Positions 1 through 12,553 of a DNA stretch of 64,000 nt are shown here, piece by piece. Location of the stretch: assembly GCA_049999805.1 (NCBI GenBank), contig JBNGIO010006382.1:158234-222233 (forward strand), written 5' to 3'. Numbering within the stretch: position 1 is the stretch's first letter; each line of letters begins with the position of its first letter. Source of the DNA: Folioceros fuciformis. Taxonomy: Eukaryota. The notes under the pieces are model-generated. The model worked only from the letters and a program-made list of their open reading frames with translations, was not told where the DNA came from and did not search any database. The translations under genes and the position numbers were made by a program.

Positions 1-563
1 TCAACATAGCCATCTCCTGTCTTCTTCCGCTGCAAAAGCTTCCCGATCACGTTGGTGCCAACGATGGTCTTTGTAAGCCCGAAGCGAGCCAACTGTCGAT
101 ACTGCGTGCCTCTCTACGATTACCAACTGGATGACTGTAGCCATGCGTTTTCATGCGATTTGGAAATTAGGAGCTAATCCTTCACAAAACAATTTCATTT
201 TTAATTATATATAAATATATAAATTTTTCTCACTTTTTTGGAAGAAAATATCAAAATACGGATAGGGTTCTTTCATACATATTTAAGGGCGGGGTATACG
301 GTGCAAAGATAAGGGACATAAGGGACATTGGGTTTGTGCCCGTGTCCGTCATAGGACAAGGTAGGTGTCCCGATCCAGACACTTACTTTCTTCCCTCTCT
401 CACGACCCTGTGCACTCACAGTTACACTCACTTTTTTCTTTTTTAAGTTAGTTAGGACACCGGTGACGAAAGGGCGTATCCATAACCGATAAGGTCGATT
501 GCAGCAGGTCACTGGACGGCATGGAGGGGCGGGTTTTGGAGACAGTTTTTGACAACGCTGACA

Positions 564-790
564 ACTGCCCATCCTCTCTAGACCTTGGCGGTGGCATCTT
601 GCACTCTAGTGACCTCCGACTGCCCATCCTCCCCAGACCTTGGCGGTGGCATCTTGCACTCTCTAGTGACCTCCGACTGCCCATCCTCCCTAGACCTTGG
701 CGGTGGCATCTTGCACTCTCTAGTGGCCTCCGACTGCCCATTCTCCCCAGACCTTGGCGGTGGCATCTTGCACTCTCCATGGCCTCCGAC
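564..790. repeat. Minisatellite, 4 copies of a 55-57 nt unit
   Basis: Unit ACTGCCCATCCTCYCYAGACCTTGGCGGTGGCATCTTGCACTCTCTAGTGACCTCCG starts at 564, 619, 676 and 733. Confidence 0.95.
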
Positions 791-1708
791 CCAGAGCTAT
801 GGCCATGCCCTGCGCAGCGCATCGCTCTTCCCACCAGTGTCACCAGATGTTCCCACAAGGGAAGTGGCTGGGTCTGATGGGCGCACTCCACCGGCGTCGA
901 GAAGAGGCGCTTCTCACAACGTGGCAGTTAACCTTCCTGGCCATGGAGGAGTTGTGCAGCACCATCCCAGATGCAATGAAGTGGAAGAGCAAGGAAGGGA
1001 CAAGCCACAGCGGTGGCCGAACCGCAGCGGACGCTGCACTCTTCTTTGAGACTTGGTAGCCTGCAAGACCGTGCTGCAATGACAGACGAAGGGGATGCGG
1101 ACACCGGAGCTGATGCCCTCACCAAACTTCAATATACCAAGCTCACAAACTTAAGTTCTGTGATTCTTTAAAGACTTGTGTCCCGAAAGACACAAAGTGG
1201 TTAGAGATATTTACAATAATTTGGTATATGGTGTGTACGTGGATTTAAAATAATTTGGTATACGGTGTGTACGGAGGGTTAGATATGTGGCAAGGATGCC
1301 ACAGAATATTCACATAATAAATATTCAAAAAAAAAGACTCTGTAGTCCCTGTCTACATTGTTACCGGTAACCCTAAACCCTAAAAATAATTATAAAATAA
1401 TTCATTATTTTAATTAATAATTATAAAATAACATTGAGAGAATATAGAAAACAAATATAGGAAATATTGAGCCCCAATACTTATTGAATATCCTAAAGGT
1501 TATACTTGAAATCTTAAAAATATGATTGTATGCATATAAATTCACATGTACAGTCCACCCTCCCTAAATGCTACCTGTTGGGAGTAGGGCATTGGATAAC
1601 ATTTAAGGAGGTGTAATAATTAGAGAATTCAAGTATTTATCAAAAATAAAAAAAATATTTATTTAAAATATATAAAGCATGAAATATATTTATATATACT
1701 GATTTATT

Positions 1709-1808
1709 NNNNNNNNNNNNNNNNNNNNNNNNNNNNNNNNNNNNNNNNNNNNNNNNNNNNNNNNNNNNNNNNNNNNNNNNNNNNNNNNNNNNNNNNNNNN
1801 NNNNNNNN
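1709..1808. other. Assembly gap (100 N)
   Basis: Run of N. Confidence 1.
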
Positions 1809-2290
1809 CTTTATATTATTATAACTTTATAATAAATAAAATAAGAAATGAACTTTAAATTGGCCTAAAAAAATGGGTTATTTCTACTTGTTTCAAAGAC
1901 GATCTAACTTGTTTTAAAACTTCTTTCTTAATTTGTTGCAAATTCCTAATTTTAGACATCATATCATTTGGTTGTTGCTTGAAAAACATACATATCACCC
2001 TCAAGTGCATGACATAAAATAGGCATTTCTTGATAATATTCTTCAGAAGAATTTTCAACATCGATAACTTCATCTTTAGGTGAAGATTGAATAAAAGCTC
2101 ATGTACCATCTACATCTAGAGTAGAAAAGATAGCACATGCATTTGATAGCACATGCATTTGTCACCTCATAATCAATAAATTCTTATGCAGACATAGTAG
2201 GGGTCAATCTTGTTGTTTCAAGTCTTAAATCCTTCAGTTGATAAAAAAGCATTTTTAGTTCTACGTAATCTCTCTATTGAACAAATCTTT

Positions 2291-2344
2291 TGCATTGCTC
2301 AAGCGATTCAAAAGTGTGCTCTTGCCTGCATTTGTGTAACCAAC
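2291..2344 (-). pseudogene. HflX-family GTPase G1/P-loop fragment inside the transposon
   Basis: Translates to VGYTNAGKSTLLNRLSNA, the HflX G1 signature. No other HflX exons were found nearby. Confidence 0.75.
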
Positions 2345-3210
2345 TTGCCAGGCAGGCTTCGTGGACTTGCTGTTGCTCATTATCATTGTTAGCATTCCAT
2401 GTCTCAAAACTAAGTTGATTCAAGTCTATATCCAACACGCTACCAGTTGATGCCTTAACCTAGTGTGTTTCTAATAATTTCTAATGATTTTTTTTTTATA
2501 TCAATACACCAAGCTTTTTTTTATCGCATTATGATTGGATAAGTTAGATAAGTTAGATATATATATTATCTATGCTATTTTAAGCATTATATATATATAT
2601 ATATTCTAAAATTAAAATAAATTCATAGAATAGAATTAGACTAAAGTGATTGGAAGTGCCTATTTTTATAAAATAAGTAATATATAATATTTATAGAAAA
2701 ATAATATTTAAGCTTATTCTTCAACTAGGGGGAATACCCAAACTTGTAACATTTATAGAGGTATAACATTTAGGGAGATTACATTTAGAAAGGGTCGATT
2801 GTATATTGAACAAAAATAAAAATCCTTAAGAAATTAAGTATTATGTACCAAATATCTAACTCAAGAAAAAAATTCGTAGTATTTTCATGTTTAGAAAATT
2901 ACATAAATGTATTAATTTATATTTAATATGTATTTAAAATAGTTTTTTTTAATTTCAAAGAGATAAAAAATCTAGCTGTGCCACTACGTAATACTTGTAA
3001 CAGTATCCATTCAATCAATCTTTGTCGATAGTAATCAGACAGGTAGACGTACGTACATTCTGGATCACGTTAAATAAAGCAAGACCGAAACAGATAAGCC
3101 GGGTCTGGCTGGAAGGAATATGAACAACCTGCCTAACCTGGGGAAGTGGATGTGCCCAGGAAATTATTTGTGCACGACTACATACTCCCTTCTACTGCGA
3201 TCACGTTACA

Positions 3211-6200
3211 TCAGGCTGTGCCATCCAAGACAAGCTCCTTGAACCTCTCAATGGCCCTCAGAGCTGTGTTGAAGTTCTCCTCTTCTAGAGCTGCAACAAA
3301 ACGACAGTAGCCAGGGAGTCCAGTCCAAGAACTGTCGTTGATGTACAGTCCAGTTGTCCGAAGAAATGCGTCTCTGATGGTACTGTCGTCTATAACAACT
3401 TTCTTGTTCACAGAATTCGGTCCTTGATACGCAACACTCTTCCCCTCGTACGAGGATGGCTGAGCCAGCAGGGAAACACCACCCGAGGGCTTGACTGTTG
3501 TCCAGCCACTGTTTACAAGCACCTGCCAAGGCCAAGAAAATGCTACTATGAAGAGCAAGGAACGAAGACACCGGAGTCATGAGAAGTCACATATCCTTAC
3601 CTGCTCCAGCTTGTGCATCTTTTGCTCTAGCACTTCTCGTTGATGCTCAAGGTCCTTGGTGAGAACATTGTTTCCTTCATTCAGCATACCAAACAGCTTC
3701 TTCATCGAATATCTGACGGTGCCATGTGGCCTGCTCAGGCTAGGAGACTCTTTGAAAACATCAATGAATACAGGGTCGTGTAGGGCTGCAAATCCAAATT
3801 CAAGCCCCCCAGTACCAGCTTGGATTGAGGATCCTCCGAGAAGCGCAATGCCAAATGTACTGTTTTCTGTGTTTTCAGATAGGATTTTCTCCAAGTTCCA
3901 CAATTGAACCGCATCCTTCCCGAACTCCAGCCCAGAAAAGGACGTGTCCAGGATCACTCGTGCACCATGTTTTTTGGAGACAGTTAAGAGTTCATCAATT
4001 TCATCGTCTGCATACACTGCTCCTGTGGGGCTTACGGTAGGTCCAGATATACATATCCAGGGATCCTGGACAGAGCTAAGAAAGCCATCAAGGCCTTCCG
4101 CAGTTAACTTGAATCCATCCGAAGCTTTTGTCGGAATCACCTTGACACTGGCACTTAGAAACTTGGCCGCAGATACTTGAGCTCCATTTGAACCAGATGG
4201 AAAACAGAGCGTTCCTTTCTCCTCAACACACGCTAGAACAAGCTTGCCGAAGAGTCCTGTCCAAGTGTCACTGAAGAGAAGCTCCTTTGAATGCCAAGTT
4301 GGAAGACCAAACCTGGCATAGAGGTACTCACCAATCTCCAGTTTTGGGTCCATCTCAGTTTCTGCAATATGTTGCCGAGCAAATCCTTCAAATAGGGAGA
4401 CCTTCACGGCCGAAGGAGTTTGCACAGCATTTTCATCAAAATCCATATGGACCACGTCTCTTGCAGGGGGCTCATCACTCAACGTTTCTCCATCGCTGAT
4501 AGCAGTAAGTGCTGTGTGTGGAATCTCAATAAATTGACTTTGTGCGCCTTCGTACTTGGGCAACCTCTGCATCAAGAAAGATTACACGTCAATCACTTTC
4601 CGTTTCCATCACTGATTCTACATCTCGAACAACAAGTTACAACACCGCTACAACAATACGTAGTGGTGTAGCAACTCACCTCTGCTGTTAGATGCCTATC
4701 CGGCAGCTGAAAACTCAGTAGCTCATGGAGAAGACATCCGTAATAAAACTGGCTTGATACAGCTGTTCGACCGTATGTTAGCTCACCTGCCTTGGCAAAA
4801 GCTTCAAGAAAACTTTTATTTTCAGATACGATGAAGGCCACCTCTAAGTCTGAGTAGACCTGCACTGACGTCAATATGTGAAAAAACAGTTTCAGAAAGG
4901 ACTTTCAAGGGAAGCAATCACTGCTTCATTTCAGTGACAAGAGTCACCTCACCTGATTCTTCACAAGGCCACAAATGATCGTTGCATGAAGTGGAAGAGG
5001 GTTCACTGCCAGGTACTGCAGTACACCATTGGTTCCTGGGAGACTGGACAGCTCAACATGATCCGAGATGTCAAGGAATAAGCGAGCACCAACATTCTCG
5101 GTAGTTTCCAGCAGCTTTTCAAACGCCGTAGTGGTCCTCATCTCAAAGTCTGCAAGGCTCGTGATGACAATTTGGGGTTTCAAGTGCTTGACAAGCTGGG
5201 TAACTAGGTCCGCACGGTGAGGTGCCTCCACGACGCAAATCTGAGGTGTTGTCTCCGTGGTGTGGCCAACACTTCCCTGCTTGAGCATGCACCCCAAAGA
5301 ACGGTGAGACGGGAACTTCCACATTCTTTAGAATAACAGCAAGCACCGAAGTATTTTCTGTACCTCAGACGGCAAAGCAGAAAGCCACTTTTTTGGAAGA
5401 AGCCTTGTAAGATTACCATCAACTAGGGCCAGCTGTGGGGCATAAAGCCTCAGGACGTTCTCGATTGCTACAGACCTTGAAGGTACTACAATAAGGTTCT
5501 GCCAACAGACGAGCGTCATGTAGAGCTAAGAATGTATGCTCTCCAGACTTCAACTTCTGAAACAAACGGAGACAGCAAACAGAACATAAGGGATTACCTC
5601 AGAGAGTGACATCTATGAGTAGAGATTTCTTACACTGGGGCTCAATGGAAGACGATGGTATATTCGCAGAAATCCAGCAATAAGTTTCCGAAACCTTGAG
5701 CTTCCCGAGGGCAACTCATATGGGAAGCTTACGAGTTTCCCCAGGGCTCGTGCCAGGTGGGCAAGAAAAGGTATCTTCTCATCTGCCACTGTATCTTCCT
5801 GAAAAGATAGATCCACGGCACCACGTGTGTCCCCAAAACCATCATTCAGGAACTTGAAAATTGTCTTCACCTGGATACAAGACAGGGTGTCAGTTTGTAA
5901 TTGCCCATAATAACTGCAGCGTCCCTCTCTTTGCTGCTATTGAAGTCACCTGATTTGGTTGTCGGAGGTTGCATTCATATACAGACAGCCCATGTGAAAT
6001 CACGCCTCCTGAGTTTGCATAAGCCCAAGCAGTGCGGGCACTTATTGGCTCCTCACTACGACCCATGAAAAACTCAAATCTGTGTCGACTATTCTTCTCA
6101 ATCTCCACAAGGGCAAGAATATCTGTGTCTGCTGCCTGGCACACACAAGCCCAGAGAAAACAGGGCATGAATCTTGGGTGCCATTGTCTAGCAGCTACCA

Positions 6201-7954
6201 CACCCTACTCCAAACTCCAACTGGACATGTACCTGGTTAACTCTGGTCTGCCACAATTTTGTTATGTTGAACCCTCTGCGCTGGAACAGTCTTTCACAAA
6301 CAGCTTGGCCTGGACGACCACCAACGTTAAATATCATTGCACCAGTAGGCTTGATACTTGCTATCCCCTCCTCAACAGCCCGTGCAATAAGGCCGAGTCC
6401 AAACTGGTCTTCAACAAAACCCTGCGGGCTCCAAATTCACCAGGTACATGGAATGAAGGGACAGAAGGCTTGACAAGCAACCTTAAATCAAAGTTGGGAC
6501 AGCCAGTATGAACCAAAAAGTTCGCTTCAAGTATTGTAAGCAGTTACCTGAAGGCCACAGTAGTTGCTCAGGGAATGTAGAAACTCCTCACTTGCGTTCT
6601 CTGAAACTATCTTCTGCATAGCTTCTGGGTCTGGATTCAGTATCTGCAGTTTTACTTCTAACACATAAGTCCGATTGGAGGAACAAAGTTACACGTCTAC
6701 AAATGCCCAGACGTGCAAGGGGCCAACCCGGAGAAATAGAAAAGCAACCGAGACATCACCTGTGGTATGCATCCAATAATGCGGTCGAGCACAATATTCT
6801 GCTCTCTGCAATATGCCAGCAGGTCAGAGACATGAAACTCGACACGGTCCAGAAGGGTTGTTCCTTCATGGTCACGAGTAGGAAACCCGTCTGGAGTGAG
6901 TGCATTAAGATACAGATTGATCCAAGCCACATTAATAGCCCTTGGGTTGATATCAAGACCATACACCTGCAAAACCACAAGCTTTAAACTCTTGCCTTGT
7001 TGCACTCCTGCCAAACATCAGCGCCCTACACCTGACGCTTACCTTTCGTGGAGACCACCTATCTGCTAGTGCAATGGACACCCATCCATTCCCACATCCA
7101 AGCTCTGCAATATCTCGATTCCTAAAACCGATGTCTGGATGCCTGTTAATCCCTTCGAAGAAGGTGAAGGACCAGTCTTCCGGGATGAAAATGCTCGGGA
7201 GCTCCAGCAGCGTAAGGCTTTGCCTGTTGGCCTGAAACCCTGGATGACAGAACGTATTACTGTCAGCTAGGCTGTCAGTTGCAGGATTCCCAATGGCAGC
7301 CGGGTTGACTTCGTACTACATGTTTCAGGTACGTCATAATCACAGGCCAGTTCAAAGACGTTAGCAAGGTACACCACACAAATCTTTTGTTAAATTCAAG
7401 GGTACCCACGGGAGCGTTTCATGGTAAAAGAATTGGCTGCACATCCTCGCAAGTTTCCTGACCACATGCTACTGTTCCCTGAACAGCGGTAACTACGAAA
7501 AGCATTGTTCTACATCACCTGACTCAGGGATGTAACAACGTGTGCTCAGGAATGTTATCTCCACTAACTTATTTCTCCATCACACAGGTCCATTGTCATG
7601 CGACAGACGCAGTAGGCCGAATACCAAACCTCCAGCAGGATGCAAAGACTGGCTCACCACTAACCTCAAAAATTCCCAAACTGACTTCACCAGAGACAAG
7701 AATTCTAGTAACAGACCTTCGTAGTCGGTGAGAGCGAGCTGGTGAATCCGGAAATGATAGGTAGCCAGACAGTCCACACCCTGCAGCTGAGTTTCCACAT
7801 ACTGCTCAACCCAGCTCAAAAACTTCCGTGCTCCCCGGCGAGTCTCCTCATCCTGCAGTCTGGCCAGAATCGTCTTGAATGCAGCGTAAGCCCGATCTCC
7901 AGACTCTCGACATTGCTCTAGAAAAGCCTGGATTTCAGCCTCTTGTGCCTCCAT
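3211..7954 (-). CDS. MMT: Methionine S-methyltransferase (multi-exon; start at 7954, or 7981)
   Basis: Spliced exons give FLEQCRESGDRAY, PSIFIPEDWSFTFFEG, ELGCGNGWVSI, VYGLDINPRA, RIIGCIPQ, FVEDQFGLGLIARAVEEG and a C-terminal PLP-aminotransferase-like domain, collinear with plant MMT. Confidence 0.95.
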
Positions 7955-8417
7955 CTCACCGAAAGACACAGGAACAGGCATCGCAGAACGCTGGCAAAGG
8001 AAATTGCACACTCTAAGTGGATCCGGCCGGATACCAAGACTGGTCAAGGACAATGCTAATCTAGCTTCTATCCCACAAGAATAGTAACAATCTCGTTTAT
8101 AGATTTTTATAGTTTCCTTCAATTCCAAAGCGTGGACGTTTGATTGACTCGGCTGATTGTGATCCACCCATAGATGCGATAGATGCGAAATTTGGGAGCG
8201 AAGCCCGGCGAGATAGAGAGCCAGCCGAGGGACAAGTTCCCGAGCCTTTGAGCTTCCCGCAGTTCCCGTGCCTTCGCTGCCACGTCATCCGAACGAGCTC
8301 TGTTCCGTTAAAAAAAATAACGGAACGGGATATTCTATTTTCTCGCCTTCAGTGGGAAAACAAGCGCGCGTTCTCGGTGCCGTGGGATTTCGATGCGACT
8401 GGCGAGGGAGGTGTAAC

Positions 8418-9537
8418 ATGTCGAGCCGCCGCGGTGGCAACACCAAAGGCCCGCCCAAGCATCAGAACTCGTCGGTTTGATCTGCAAATTGTCTGCCTTC
8501 GGCATGTCTTAAATCGTAAACCCTGCTATTTTGGTGTTGCTGACATGCACCGATTGTTGAATTCGCGTTAGGCATGCGTGGAAGCCGAACGCTGGAGTGA
8601 AGCGGAAAGACAAGGTGACTTTGTGATGTTTCAATCTTCTTTGCGGCCTAGATGGCTAGGTTGGTGTGCTATTCCTCATCGTTAGATGCTCTGTAATGCA
8701 GGAGCTTGGAGGCAAATCCCATCCATTTCCTGCTGTTACGGATGTGTGCAACCGTTGCAAGGAGCAGATAGAATGGAGACGGAAGTATCCTGTGCTCCTT
8801 GTCAGGGTTCGTCGTATGTCCTGTTTCGCAAGTCGCAGCTTGTGATTGCAGATGCTAGTCCTTAACACGTGGACGTAGATACGGGAAGTACAAACCATTG
8901 GTAGAACCAGCAAAATGGTGAGTGCGTGATTCTAGCTTAGGAGTTGGAATTTCTGATTTTTTGATGTACTGAATTTTTTCTGTGAGCTCCTATGGTCTTT
9001 CATCAGATTTTGATTGGCTCTTGGTTCGATCTGCATCTGTTTTACAGTAATCAGTGTGGAAAACGAGCGGTTAAACAGGCGTACCATACGCTGTGTTCAG
9101 GTCTGGTTTCGTTTGTTGACTTGCCCTCGTTTCAGTCTGGTCACTGGAAAAGCGCGAATCCTGCTTTCATCGTTTAGCATGATCGTGTGCAGCCTGTGCA
9201 CTGCAAAGGGATGTGTGCGCGAAATGTTGTCATTGGAAGGACGTGATTGTGGGGAGGTAAAGGATCTGAGACTCATGAACAATCGCGTGGCTATTTTCTC
9301 CTGATGTGAAATTGGGAAGATGGCAAATACTGGCAATGAGACCCTTGCTTGGGTTGGGATATCTGCAGGACTAGCGTGGACGACAAGGTCTTGAAAGCAG
9401 ACAAGGACGACTCCGCGACAGCAGACAAGGACGACTCAGCGACAGTAGACAAGGACGATACTGAGGCAGCAGACAAGGCCTACGAGAACGAAGAGGATGA
9501 AGATTTATCGGAAGTGGATTCCGAAATAGACGATTAG
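8418..9537 (+). CDS. DUF2039 / C9orf85-like Cys-rich Zn-binding protein (7 small exons, mostly missed by the ORF track)
   Basis: Phase-consistent splicing gives MSSRRGGNTKGPPKHQNSHAWKPNAGVKRKDKELGGKSHPFPAVTDVCNRCKEQIEWRRKYGKYKPLVEPAKCNQCGKRAVKQAYHTLCSACALQRDVCAKCC followed by an acidic tail. Confidence 0.92.
8785..8878 (+). other. U12-type (minor spliceosome) GT-AG intron
   Basis: 5' site GTATCCTG; branch point TCCTTAAC at 8859-8866, close to the AG; no polypyrimidine tract. Confidence 0.85.
9397..9478 (+). repeat. 24-nt coding tandem repeat (ADKDDSAT x about 3.4)
   Basis: GCAGACAAGGACGACTCxGCGACA repeated in the last exon of the DUF2039 gene. Confidence 0.85.
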
Positions 9538-9807
9538 AGAACGGGTTTAGATAACGGGTTTTGAGCAAAGAAAGGAGGGCTAAGAAGGAAAGCCACCAGA
9601 ATTGCGGCCCTTTGTACGATACAAAATTTGTTAATTACGTACAATTTTGGGGTTCGTGCGGTTTGCAATTAGCTCGGCCTGCGTGTCTTCTGAATTATTA
9701 AGAGCCCTGCCTGTCAGCACATTACTCTGTTCGATGACTGTGGAGCTTGGTGCAACCCATTTCCCCTTGCGTTGTTGATTTCCGGCTGCGCATCGGGTTT
9801 ATCGAAG

Positions 9808-10539
9808 ATGGCGCTGCAGTGGATGATACTTGGCCTAGTAGCGACGGTGGAAGCAGCGGTTGTGTTGCTACTAAGTGTTCCCTTCCCCAGCTCTGTGCGC
9901 AAGCAGCTGTTGAAGCTTGTCCGTCCGATACTCCAACCTGCGCTTGCAATCATTCCTTTTGCACTCTTCCAGCTCCTAGGTCAGTCTCTCACCAACGCAA
10001 CAGTTAGAAGTTTGCCGCTTCTTCTCTTCAGCGCTTGTCCATAAATTCAGATGCAACAGACTGACTTCAGTTTGGTGCATCGACGACACCGTGTTTTGTC
10101 AATTTTAGGGTTTGTCTGCCTGCCACACATTGCTTGCTATGGTGTATTTTGCAGAGGTGTATTGGAAATACGAACACCGCATTCGATGTCAGGAGGGCAT
10201 CTGCACATCGAAGGAACGAGACCACTTCGAGAAATCTGTGAGCGACCGAGTCCGGCCACGCATCCTTCGTGTGTCATTGTTAGCTATGCTTGAGACTGAT
10301 GTTTCGCCGTGGTCTGATTTTCAGATGTTCAAAGGTCAAAGGAATGCCTTGCTTGGTGTTGGAGCAGCTTTCTTCTACTGGTATGTTTCATGGAGTGCTT
10401 TTGCAGTGGCTCACGTAGTTCCAGCGCTTATGTGGGGCCTCGCGTACTGCTGTCCAGGTTGCTGTACCGCTTGGTTCAAGTCCAGACCGAAATTACCCGA
10501 CTAGAAGACGAAGTGAAAAAGTTGCAGAAGGCGGAATGA
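9808..10539 (+). CDS. BAP31-like small ER membrane protein (4 exons)
   Basis: MALQWMILGLVATVEAAVVLLLSVPFP...ILQPALAIIPFALFQLL|EVYWKYEHR...KS|MFKGQRNALL...YW|LLYRL...KKLQKAE*. Confidence 0.85.
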
Positions 10540-11167
10540 CCTGACCGAGAGAGCGAGAGTACCTGATTGCCTCGAAGCCCTTACTTGCTGACTGGCGGGC
10601 CTGGTTGCAAATGTTGGTCAGACATGGCCTTCTATATGCTTTGTGACACCCACAATTCTCGCGCAAGTCCTCGACATATTTTGTTAGCTCTCGACACGTA
10701 GGTAGAGAAGACTGATCAGGTCACTGAAGGACAATACATTATGCGGCAGTGGAATCTTGGATTCCATCCCAGGTGTCCAGTACTGATTCTATCCACATGT
10801 GGCACTCCTCGAATATACATGTAGATGTGCATGGCCACATGGGGATAGTGTGCGGTCGACCGGCCACCCTCTAAACCTGCAGGGAGACAAAGGGCGCCGT
10901 AAAAGTTGGGTGTAACTTGTTGATCCATGTCCTCGGCAGATGCTGAGGTCACCGTCAACAACAGCCTATAGTCAGGTGCACACCTACCTTCCTGCGGGCC
11001 ACAAGGTGTTCTGTTGGTCGAGCTCATTACGCTTCCCCGAGTTCTGCTCCATCAGTTTTAGTTACCGCTTTACCGGGCTTGGGCTATACAACACGAGGGG
11101 TTCCCTGAAATCCTTTGGAAAGCATCCAGCTTCTAGTTGGTTTTTGCGTACAGCCTCCCGGGGTGCG

Positions 11168-12553
11168 ATGGCGGACCAGGAATTGGTCTGCGTGAGCGGG
11201 TCATGGGTGCTCATGGGCTATTGGCTTGTGCGCCTTCTGCTTCGCAAAGGCTACCGAGTGCGTACCACCATTCGCACCTCAGTGGGTGAGCAATCCTGCT
11301 GCCGATAGTGAGCAATCCTGGTGCCGATGGGAGAATCTGAGGTTGATTTGGGTGCGTTTGTCTGAGCTTGGTGTCGCAGATGAGGCAGCCGCTTTCATGG
11401 CTCTGGACGGCGCAGAGGAGAGGCTGGAGCTTGTGCAAGCTGACTTGCTCCGCTACAACAGCCTTGCTCGGGCCTTCAGTGGCTGCGTGGGAGTCTTCCA
11501 TTCGTCCCAGCCCCTCAATTTGGCCGACTTGTCTGATTATCCAGTGAGCTGACGCTGTCGTGGTTCTGGAGTCTCCTGCCCGAGTTCCCTGAGAAGATTC
11601 CGGGGATTTATTGCGCGTGGCCTGAACGCAGGCGGAAATGATTGACCACGAAGTCCGAGGGACTTTGAATGTGGTGGAAGCATGCGCCAACAGCGAATCC
11701 GTGAGACGCCTGGTGTTAACTTCTTCACTTTCCACAATTGTCTGGGATGGCAAGTTCTCTGGCTCGCCCTCCGGCCAAGAGAGTAGTCACTCTGTGGTGG
11801 ACGAGAAGTGCTGGAGCAATATGGAGTTCTGCCGGGAGAAGAAGGTACAGCTCTTGGCGGCATCATTTGCTGTTGAGTCCGTCTACTTTGCTTTGATTCG
11901 CATCTCACAGTCACTCCCCTGCCTGCGCAGCTCTGGTTTCCTCTGTCAAAGACGCTGGTGGAGAGGAATGCCTGGGCTCTCGCCACAGACAAAAGGCTCG
12001 ATCTGGTTGTGATCAATTCGGCTTTGGTTGTTGGGCCGAGGGAAACAACAAAAGTCAGGGAGTCCTTTCTCAAGGGTGCGTATGCACTTTCTTTGTGTGT
12101 CTTGAGCTCTTGGGTGATGTCATAAGTGGAATAGGCTGTGCTGACTTCCTTCCTTTCCTGATTGAAAATCGTCCAGAAACCAAAGAACCGCACCAACGAG
12201 GAGCTTTTGCCTATGTGCATGTCGACGACGCGGCCCAAGCTCACATTCTAGCATTTGAAGTACCGGCGGCATCGGGGCGCTATTTGTGCTTCGACAACCT
12301 GCTCTCTGAAGCTGAATTGTTAGAGCTTCTTCAGGGTTTTTACCCAAATCAGTCGTTAATGACCAGGTACATACCCACCTACCCCAACAGAATGGTGCAT
12401 CTCACGTGTTGACTGGTGTACCCGCACCTTCCAGCCCTATATAGCAAACTGCATGGAAATCACATGATGATTCAATGCTGCAGGATTGGTGAAGCCTACA
12501 GTCCCCACACTATTTCCAACGAGAAAGTGATGCGATTGGGAGTGAAATTCTAG
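11168..12553 (+). CDS. Cinnamoyl-CoA reductase-like SDR, atypical/SNL6-like (6 exons)
   Basis: VCVSG..LLLRKGYRVR, ERLELVQADLL, GTLNVVEACA, RRLVLTSSLS, WSNMEFCREKKLWFPLSK, YVHVDDAAQAHILAFE, ASGRYLC. Confidence 0.9.

Larger units (their letters stand above)
1551..2801 (-). mobile_element. Non-autonomous pogo-like (Tc1/mariner superfamily) DNA transposon relic
   Basis: Left end TA|CAGTCCACCCTCCCTAAATG matches the reverse complement of the right end TA|CAATCGACCCTTTCTAAATG (18/22). TA flanks both ends. The ACATTTA..GAG motif is repeated three times at the right end, as in Lemi1/Emigrant-type elements. Decayed minus-strand coding remnants MSA*EFIDYE and KQVEITHFFRPI* resemble pogo transposase C-termini. 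The element spans an N gap. Confidence 0.75.

Noticed and set aside
1-13. Start of a minus-strand gene (ATG GCT ATG TTG) leaving the window
   Set aside because: Only four codons are visible, so it cannot be supported.
564-790. CRISPR-like array
   Set aside because: The units are contiguous near-identical repeats without unique spacers, in a eukaryotic context.
286-1380. TIR pair of a Harbinger/MULE element
   Set aside because: Only a weak, gapped resemblance between the ends and no clear TSD.
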